Of a DNA stretch of 64,000 nucleotides, positions 57,201 to 64,000 are shown one piece after another. Below the pieces are notes generated by a model, which was not told the DNA's origin, did not search any database, and saw nothing but the letters and a program-made list of their open reading frames with translations. Each line of letters starts with the position of its first letter. The first letter of the stretch is position 1. The stretch covers positions 481,505 through 545,504 of the forward strand of contig NMRA01000285.1 in the NCBI GenBank assembly GCA_002633005.1, read 5' to 3'. Made by a program: the position numbers and the translations under genes. This stretch comes from Phoronis australis. Lineage: Eukaryota > Animalia > Phoronida.

Positions 57201-58361
57201 GGGTGATTGCTGTTAGATATCATGGAATTCACCTAATTGTCCAGACCTGACTGTAACCTTTTGACTCGAGGTCTGCTAATCGAAATTGGTAATTTAGCTA
57301 AAACTGTGTTTGGGATCAACAATATATCTGAGACAAAATTAGCCATCATCATCAACAACATAACTTTCGTCTTCGTCGTCGTCATCATCATCGCCTTCAT
57401 TAATGGCTTTGATTATAGGTAACGAAGATTTCCGAAAGTCCCCCGTTAATAGTCCCCACAGGACTCTTTCTGAAACAAGGTGCGAAAAAGCTTTCGGTGG
57501 ACTGTTTCGAGTCAGATATGGAGGATATTTACAACTCATCAGCATTTCGAGACCTGACAATCAAATGGACATTAATATTTAATGAAATGGAGCTTTGGCG
57601 AACCTAGGATATCATAGGGGGAGGGGACAAACAAAGGAAAAGTGCACGTTTCGTTAATTGGTCGAGTTCGTGTGGGGGTCTCGGGACAATGGCCCCACCT
57701 AAATCAGTTTTCGATACCATGTGATACCAACACTATTCTCTATCAAACTATATTTTGACCAAAATGATTACTGCAACTCTGCAAGTTTCAGATACCGATT
57801 TCTCACTTTTAAAAGAATTGTTGTAATATTTCAAGACAACTTCTTGTCAACAGAGGCATCGTATCCCTTTAAGTATTCAAGTCGGCGACAGTTCCAAACC
57901 TCCATATCACAACATATTTTAAAGGCCTAGCAATGCAAGTTTCATCGAGACTCCCGCCATTTTATTTAAAGGAACGTCCTGTTGGGTGTGCTTTCTGTGC
58001 TCAAAATCAGTGGGCGGTTAGGGGAAATCACAGCCTCAACCATGCAACTTTGTCAAACGTCAATTATTTATTGCATTGCAACATACAGTGTACATGAATT
58101 TGATTTACTGTACTTGTTATTCTGCCGAGCTGTGAGCCTCAACATGTCTGCGGCGGCCATCCACAGACACTTTCACAAGATGACAACGATTTGCACATCC
58201 AACAGTACCAAACACGCGTACCGTACTGTGTTTACCTGTCGTAAACAATCATGAATGACCCTCCACCAATGCCGGTACTTTGTGTGTTGAGTACACCAAC
58301 ACAGATCATCGTTGCAATAGCCGCATCTACCGCTGAACCACTGTGTTTTGCCATCATGCGT
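45132..58361 (-). CDS. GGT1: Gamma-glutamyl transpeptidase, copy B (5'-partial spliced gene)
   Basis: Ten exons: 58361-58236, 57127-57030, 53637-53445, 52214-52051, 49907-49761, 49300-49170, 48527-48340, 48174-47934, 46939-46826, 45281-45132. All are open, shared exons have the same lengths as copy A, and the catalytic Thr is kept. Confidence 0.92.
46826..46939 (-). CDS. GGT1: GGT-B exon 11
   Basis: [38 protein letters not shown]. Confidence 0.92.
47934..48174 (-). CDS. GGT1: GGT-B exon 10
   Basis: [25 protein letters not shown]...[11 protein letters not shown]...[14 protein letters not shown]. Confidence 0.94.
48340..48527 (-). CDS. GGT1: GGT-B exon 9 (catalytic Thr)
   Basis: [21 protein letters not shown]...[26 protein letters not shown]. 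Confidence 0.93.
49170..49300 (-). CDS. GGT1: GGT-B exon 8
   Basis: [43 protein letters not shown]. Confidence 0.93.
49761..49907 (-). CDS. GGT1: GGT-B exon 7
   Basis: [18 protein letters not shown]...[17 protein letters not shown]. Confidence 0.92.
50388..51358. mobile_element. hAT-like non-autonomous element containing a tRNA-like fragment
   Basis: Ends cagtggcggatctagg / cctaaatctgcctatg. Positions 51170-51225 match window positions 1-57. Minus-strand A/B boxes (tggtgtagtggt, gttcgagtc) at about 50600-50655. Confidence 0.5.
52051..52214 (-). CDS. GGT1: GGT-B exon 6
   Basis: [54 protein letters not shown]. Confidence 0.92.
53445..53637 (-). CDS. GGT1: GGT-B exon 5
   Basis: [40 protein letters not shown]. 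Confidence 0.94.
54053..55496 (-). mobile_element. TTAA-flanked DNA transposon (Kolobok-like) with about 190-bp TIRs, carrying a THAP ORF
   Basis: TTAA at 54049-54052 and 55497-55500. Inverted arms, e.g. gacgttttggaaggcaagaatttcgcgcca vs tggcgcgaaattcttgccttccaaaacgtc. Confidence 0.8.
54612..55246 (-). pseudogene. THAP zinc-finger ORF, frameshifted after MPYCC
   Basis: HRFPKD..LRRTW...VCGKHF...LKKGAIPS matches THAP consensus motifs; the ATG at 55246 is out of frame with the rest. Confidence 0.8.
57030..57127 (-). CDS. GGT1: GGT-B exon 4
   Basis: [32 protein letters not shown] (D-x-RE-x-AP motif). Confidence 0.93.
58236..58361 (-). CDS. GGT1: GGT-B exon 3
   Basis: [42 protein letters not shown]. 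Confidence 0.93.
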
Positions 58362-59097
58362 CTGGAATTAGAAAATTTTGAAACATGTACAACCGTATGA
58401 TGCATGCATGTACACGTACGTTGCATAACTTACAAAACTATGTTAAGTATTCCTGGTTCATCACCTATTGAAGATATTGTCTCGTTTATTAACATGAAAT
58501 TCTTTGTTTGATATAAGTCTAAAATACAGTGCAGCCTTGTTTGACTCCTTTGCTTTTTAGAGCATTACTCTTGTAAAACTTTTTAGTTGAAAATGACCTT
58601 TTCGTTTGACTACTAAGCCCCGTTTACATGCATATGATGTTGTTTAAACCTGAGTGTATGTTTACACAGGAATGTACTTTTACTTATTGCTGACGTTTTT
58701 GTTGAGTAAACGAAATACACACGGGTGTATAGCTGTAGATTTGGGTGTACTTTGTGCCACCTTCTGAGGTCGTGTAAATGTACGTTTACACACGTGCACA
58801 TATATACACAAAACGTACCGAGAAAAGGCGTATATGAAGTAATATCCCACGAGACATTATTCCGCGTATCGATACGCGGAATAAGGTCGAGTATTTATCC
58901 CATACGCTTCGAATTCCTAAGTTTCTTACATTTTTCCGGCAATTTTTTTAAATACTTAACCCAGACTGTTCACATGGCGAATCACATCCTGTATGTATGT
59001 ACTTGCGCGTAAGGTTGCAAGTTTTCTCTAGTGAAAGAATGTTTTAAAAGTTCTGCTAAAAATGTTTCGTTTTAGTCAAATGCTGTTTTTTAACTTT

Positions 59098-62000
59098 ACC
59101 TGGATTGGTCGGATAAAGTTGTTTTCTTTGCTGTTTCACGTAGCCTAGGCATAGTTCATCATGATTTAGGGGGAGACCATTCGCAACCATTGAGCATTAT
59201 TTTAAAATATGCAAATTAAGGTCGCCAGTATACAAAATTCTATTTTTGCTAATAATTTTCTTACCAAGCAGATAATTTTGACGTTTTTACCCATGTTTTC
59301 ATGGTCAGTGAATTTAATAGTGCACGTTTTTTGATGAATACATTGTCAATTTGCATAAGTTATGCAAATTAAGGCCGTCATTATGCAAAATTCTGTTTTT
59401 GCTAATAATTTCCTTAACAAGCACTGCAGGCAGGTTATTTTGATGCTTTCACCCATGTTTCCATGATCAATGAATTTAATAGTGAAAGTTTTTTGATGAA
59501 TACATTGTCAATTTGCATAAGTTATGCAAATTAAGGCCGTCATTATGCAAAATTCTGTTTTTGCTAATAATTTCCTTAACAAGCACTGCAGGCAGGTTAT
59601 TTTGATGCTTTCACCCATGTTTCCATGATCAATGAATTTAATAGTGAAAGTTTTTTGGTGGATACATCGTCATTTTGCATAATTTATGCAAATTAAGTCC
59701 GCCACTATTCAAAATTTTACTTGTTCTAAAAGCCATGGTACCAATCATCACAGGTGAATTATCATGAAATTTGCACCTATGTTTATATGGTCAAGTAGTG
59801 TAATGAAATCATGAATGTTGTTGTATGATAAATTTGCAAAATGAATGCAAAGTAAGGTCACCATTATTAAAATTATATTTTACTTAAAACGCCTTTACCA
59901 AGCACAATGTTTTTACCTATACTTCCATGGTCAGGGAAGTTAATGGACTTCGTTTGCTGGTAGATACATCGTGAATATGCATAATATATGTATATGTATA
60001 TGCAAATTAAGGCCGCCATTATTCAAAATTCTACTTTTGCTTATAGCTGAAATACCAGGCACCCCAATCAAACTATTTTAACGTCTTTATTCAATGTTTC
60101 TGTGAAATCAGTTGGTAAGTTTTTGCATGATGAATTTTCATAATTTATACAAAAAAGGACACCAATATTCCAAATACTGTTTCTGCTCATAATTTCCTTA
60201 CGGACATTACATGTAGATTATTTTCAAATTTATCTCATGTTTTCATGAATATGCAATAATTGATAATTTACACAAATTACAGCTGTCATAATAATTCTAC
60301 TTGTGCTTATAACAGCTGCATCAGACACTAGAGGTTAGTTACAAATAGCTAGCTCCATTATTGTGCAACAAGACGTGAAATGTGCATATGAACTTAACAA
60401 ATTTTAGAGTGTTTCGGATGACAAAATGTATTTGTCCTTCGTCTGCGTTACTAAGACAAGGAACTGCTTCAAATACCACAACAATGAATTCACCTAGTAA
60501 GCATAGAACAGTCGTAGACATAAAGTTAACAACGGAAACATGTAGCGATATTGTGAAGGTCTCCTCCCTGCCCATGCGCTGTAGGGTTGTAACGCGGTGG
60601 CATGCTACTATGGAGTTGGAAAGGGATCCATCGTTAAAATATTGAAGGCTGGACATGACCTGTCTGCCATAGGCACTTTTAATGCACATTTTCTGATGTC
60701 ATGAAACAGGCAACTAAATGTATGTGTGCCTGAATGAAGAGAATCCGGAAGATATCGGGAACCAGACTACTGGAATAGGGAAGAGAAATGGCAAGAAATA
60801 TATGCCCGCCCCCAAACTGTCACCGACAACAGAGGCATTCACAGAGCCCATTACCAGTCGGTCATGTGGTGGAACGTCACCAGCACTAGATTCAGAGGAC
60901 TATGGATGGAAGAAAGACACCATGAACAAATCACTCTCACCATCTATAATTCCGCATGGTGTCCAACTCGCTCCTATTGCATACTGTTGATGATTTGGCG
61001 TGACTGCAAAAGTCAGATTCAATGAATTGCAGTGTCAATTTTCTACCCCGCACAACATTTTGGGCACGCTATACTGTAGTGTGCTCACGTTCCAAGTGTT
61101 GGATTAGCATTTGAAACGTCTTATTACTGGTCTCCATTAGACAGCTTATGTCCTGGGTTTATGTAATTAAACAATTTGGTCATCTACTACATATACCCTG
61201 GGTATCAGACAAAACTAGAATTTGTAATGTTGTGTAATAAATTACAGATCATTTTTGATGTAATGACAGATTACCTACAATTCATCAGTAAAAATACCAA
61301 AATAATTTACATGTAGTGGCCCCCGTAAGAAAGTTACGAGCTGAAACAGAATTTTTAATAATGGCCGCCTTTATTTTCATAAATTATGCTAATTTATCCT
61401 GCAACTTGCAAACTGATGTCATTAACCTAATTGACCATGGGAAAATACTAGGTTCAAATATCATGAGAATTTAACTGTGATACTTGGTACCGCAGCTATA
61501 ATCACTATTAGAATTTTGAATAATGGCACTTTTAATTTGCATTAGTTATGCAAATTTGCATTAATTATGCAAAGTTATCACGCAACAATGTGCAAACTGA
61601 TTTTATTAAACTAATTGACCAAAAGATTATAGGTGCAAAATCATGATAGTTCATCTGTGGTGATGGATACAGTACTGTAGCTATAAGCACAAGAACAATT
61701 GTGAATAATGACGGCCTTAATTTGCATAAATTATGCAAATTGACAACGTATCCACCAAAAAACTTTCACTATTAAATTCGTTGACCATGGAAATATGGGT
61801 GAAAGCATCAAAATAACTTGCCTGCAGTGCTTGGTAAGGAAATTATAAGCAAAAATGGAATTTTGCATAATGATGGCGTTTATTTGCATAAATTATGCAA
61901 ATCGACAATGTATTCACCAAAAAATTGGACTATTAAATTCATTGACTATGAAAACATGGGTATAAACGTCAAAATTATTTGGCTGCAGTGCTTGGTACGG

Positions 62001-62180
62001 GAATTATAAGCAAAAATAAAATTTTGCATAATGGCGACCTTAATTTGCATATTTAAAGATGCTCAAGGGTTGCGAACGGTCACCCCTCTAAATCATGGTT
62101 ACTAAACCCTAGCGTACATGAAACAGCAAAAAAATACTTTATCCGCCAAAACCAGGTTCAACCCCCTGGCTCCCGAACTA
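59098..62180 (+). mobile_element. Academ-like DNA transposon: long inverted arms of about 160-bp subrepeats around a transposase remnant
   Basis: The arms are reverse complements (atgatttagggggagaccattcgcaacc / ggttgcgaacggtcacccctctaaatcat) and the right end is ...CTA. Region 60345-61110 encodes broken PAHAL*GCNAVACYYGVGKG (XPG/H3TH-like), PKLSPTTEAF and DYGW...LAP. Confidence 0.72.
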
Positions 62181-63379
62181 TTTTGGTAGTATTTGCATTG
62201 AAGAACATGTTCACGTGACCCAATAAATGGGAGAATATTACACAGCCTACAGTTTGTCTTCCTTCAGATAAAAATTTAAAAATCTAGTCTTGTTGGTGTT
62301 TGGCTGCATACAAAGACTTGACTCAATAAGCAGCATAACTGTAATCAATGTATCACAGAATACATATAGATGTTCTCGATGTCGCAGTTTTCAGTCGATG
62401 CCCACCATTGTCGTGTAACTCGATCGCATAAAGCATTGGTCATGTTTGCCGATTTGCATATACTTCGCAAGTAGTTTTCGAATTTGCTCCAAACGTTTGA
62501 GAGTTGGCGATAGTTACACGTTTTATAATGTTTTAGCGAACTGGAAGGGATTTTCTTTTCAAATTTAAAGAGAGGCTTTAAATAATGTCACATCATCACA
62601 GAACACGCAAGCACAATTATTAATTTCTTGATCCACGATGGCATTTTTTGAGTTTCAGAGAATATTCTGGCAGATACTTATTCTTCTCCAAGTTGCATCT
62701 GTTCTTGCCGTTTTCTCCAACAGTTTCCTCTGTCGTTTCTAAATGCCGGTTTAAAATCCTTGAAGCTCAACAAAAATTAGTCTAATTCTGAAATAATTTT
62801 AATTTCCAGTGAAAACTTTTAATGTAACGAAACTTTTTAACACTTTTTTGTGACGGACGTACGGCACCATGATATACAGGAGTTGAGCTTTGACCCCAAG
62901 AGGTGGATGGTGTGCCAAAGTTGAAATGTTATTTTTATAAAGTTTTTTGGTTCATGTGATTGCACACATATGATAGTGTAGTGAAATACCCATAACAATA
63001 AATAGCAACACACATGAAAATCGAGCTAATTTTTTTAGGGTGAAGTGACCCACAAAAATGGGTTCACTGAGGCAAAAACTTGAACGTTATAGGACTATCA
63101 AATATGGGTCCTGAAACTAAAGAGAATGGGATTTCAGATAAGACCAGGAATGTTAGTGTGGCCGCAATTTTTTATTTTTTTCCTCGAGGTTGACCTTTTC
63201 ACGGAATTGCCCATTTATTATTGCTGTCAACAGTATGTGCTGGTACGGGCCTCAGGATCCTAAACTGCATGATATGGTTAAGACAAACCTACGGGCACGT
63301 GCACCTGTTTAAATTTTGTTGCCATACATGTATGCTGGTAGGGGATTCAATGGTTTGCTGTTCCGCTACTAACAGCTCG

Positions 63380-63830
63380 TTATTGACTTGTGAAGGGGAG
63401 ACATTTTATTCGCCGTGTACGGTCTCGAGAAATTTCAAACTGTGAGATTGCAAGACCTGATCACTCATCATCTAAAAAAGAACGAAAAATGGGTTTGTTG
63501 CCCGTTTTCATAATAAACTGTGATTACCTGATTGTGTTTTCTAATGGTAACTCCGCAACCATAAATAGGCGTAATTTATTGCCACGCGAACAAGTCATCG
63601 AATAACGGACTGGTCAGGAACACCTCGTTTATTTTCGTAGCTTTGAATTATCCCGGTCGGAGGTGTTTCGTTTCGGCGCATGCGCCCTCTGTAGTCTGTT
63701 ACTTGGATCCAATGGCTTTCTGACAAACAGATTGTCTTCTTTTCCACTACATTTCAACATTTTTTTAAAAACGAGTTGGCCTGCAGAAAGGCATCTGCCT
63801 CTTGATGATTTTAAATTGTACCATTTTTGC
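63380..63830 (-). pseudogene. Possible decayed Polinton/adintovirus A32-like packaging ATPase
   Basis: Motif remnants in the expected order across frames: RCLSAG..CSGK..LFVRK, GVPD, FDDL, RLF..SYH, LQSH, FEISRDR. Confidence 0.33.
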
Positions 63831-64000
63831 TTTAAGACAAATTTTCCGTTGTGTTCTGCCCCCAGTCTTGACAATCTGTTTTTCCTAAGTCATACTCATC
63901 ATTTGCGAGATAGTACAAAGAGCAATCCCGCGTCGGATACCGGCGGGGGATTCCCGCAGGGCGTCGGAACAACGCAATTTCAAGTAATTATACTAATAAT

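Noticed and set aside
58362-64000. GGT-B exons 1-2
   Set aside because: No match to the TM/AAVASD exon was found by eye; they probably lie beyond the window, so this is not evidence of a pseudogene.

Overview
This is AT-rich, intron- and repeat-rich animal genomic DNA, probably from a marine invertebrate (inferred from gene families and repeat content). Splicing by hand at GT-AG sites with phase checks gives three genes. (1) GGT-A, a membrane-anchored gamma-glutamyl transpeptidase on + (3817-21323). Two middle exons probably lie in the N gap at 12349-13334, and the last exon occurs twice (second copy 23595-23744). (2) A complete 10-exon DEG/ENaC/ASIC-family channel on + (25573-41377, 971 aa). 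(3) GGT-B, a paralog on - (58361-45132) whose 5' exons are not found in the window. The channel is the standout. A single 1582-nt exon replaces the short knuckle domain with about 490 aa of predicted helical or coiled-coil, N-glycosylatable extracellular sequence. Two of the five thumb disulfide pairs are lost together, and the ASIC proton-sensing His is absent. Introns and intergenic DNA hold a TTAA-flanked THAP (Kolobok-like) element, an Academ-like transposon, LINE fragments, MITEs, mini- and microsatellites, and a possible decayed Polinton/adintovirus remnant. Family assignments come from recalled motifs; no database search was run.
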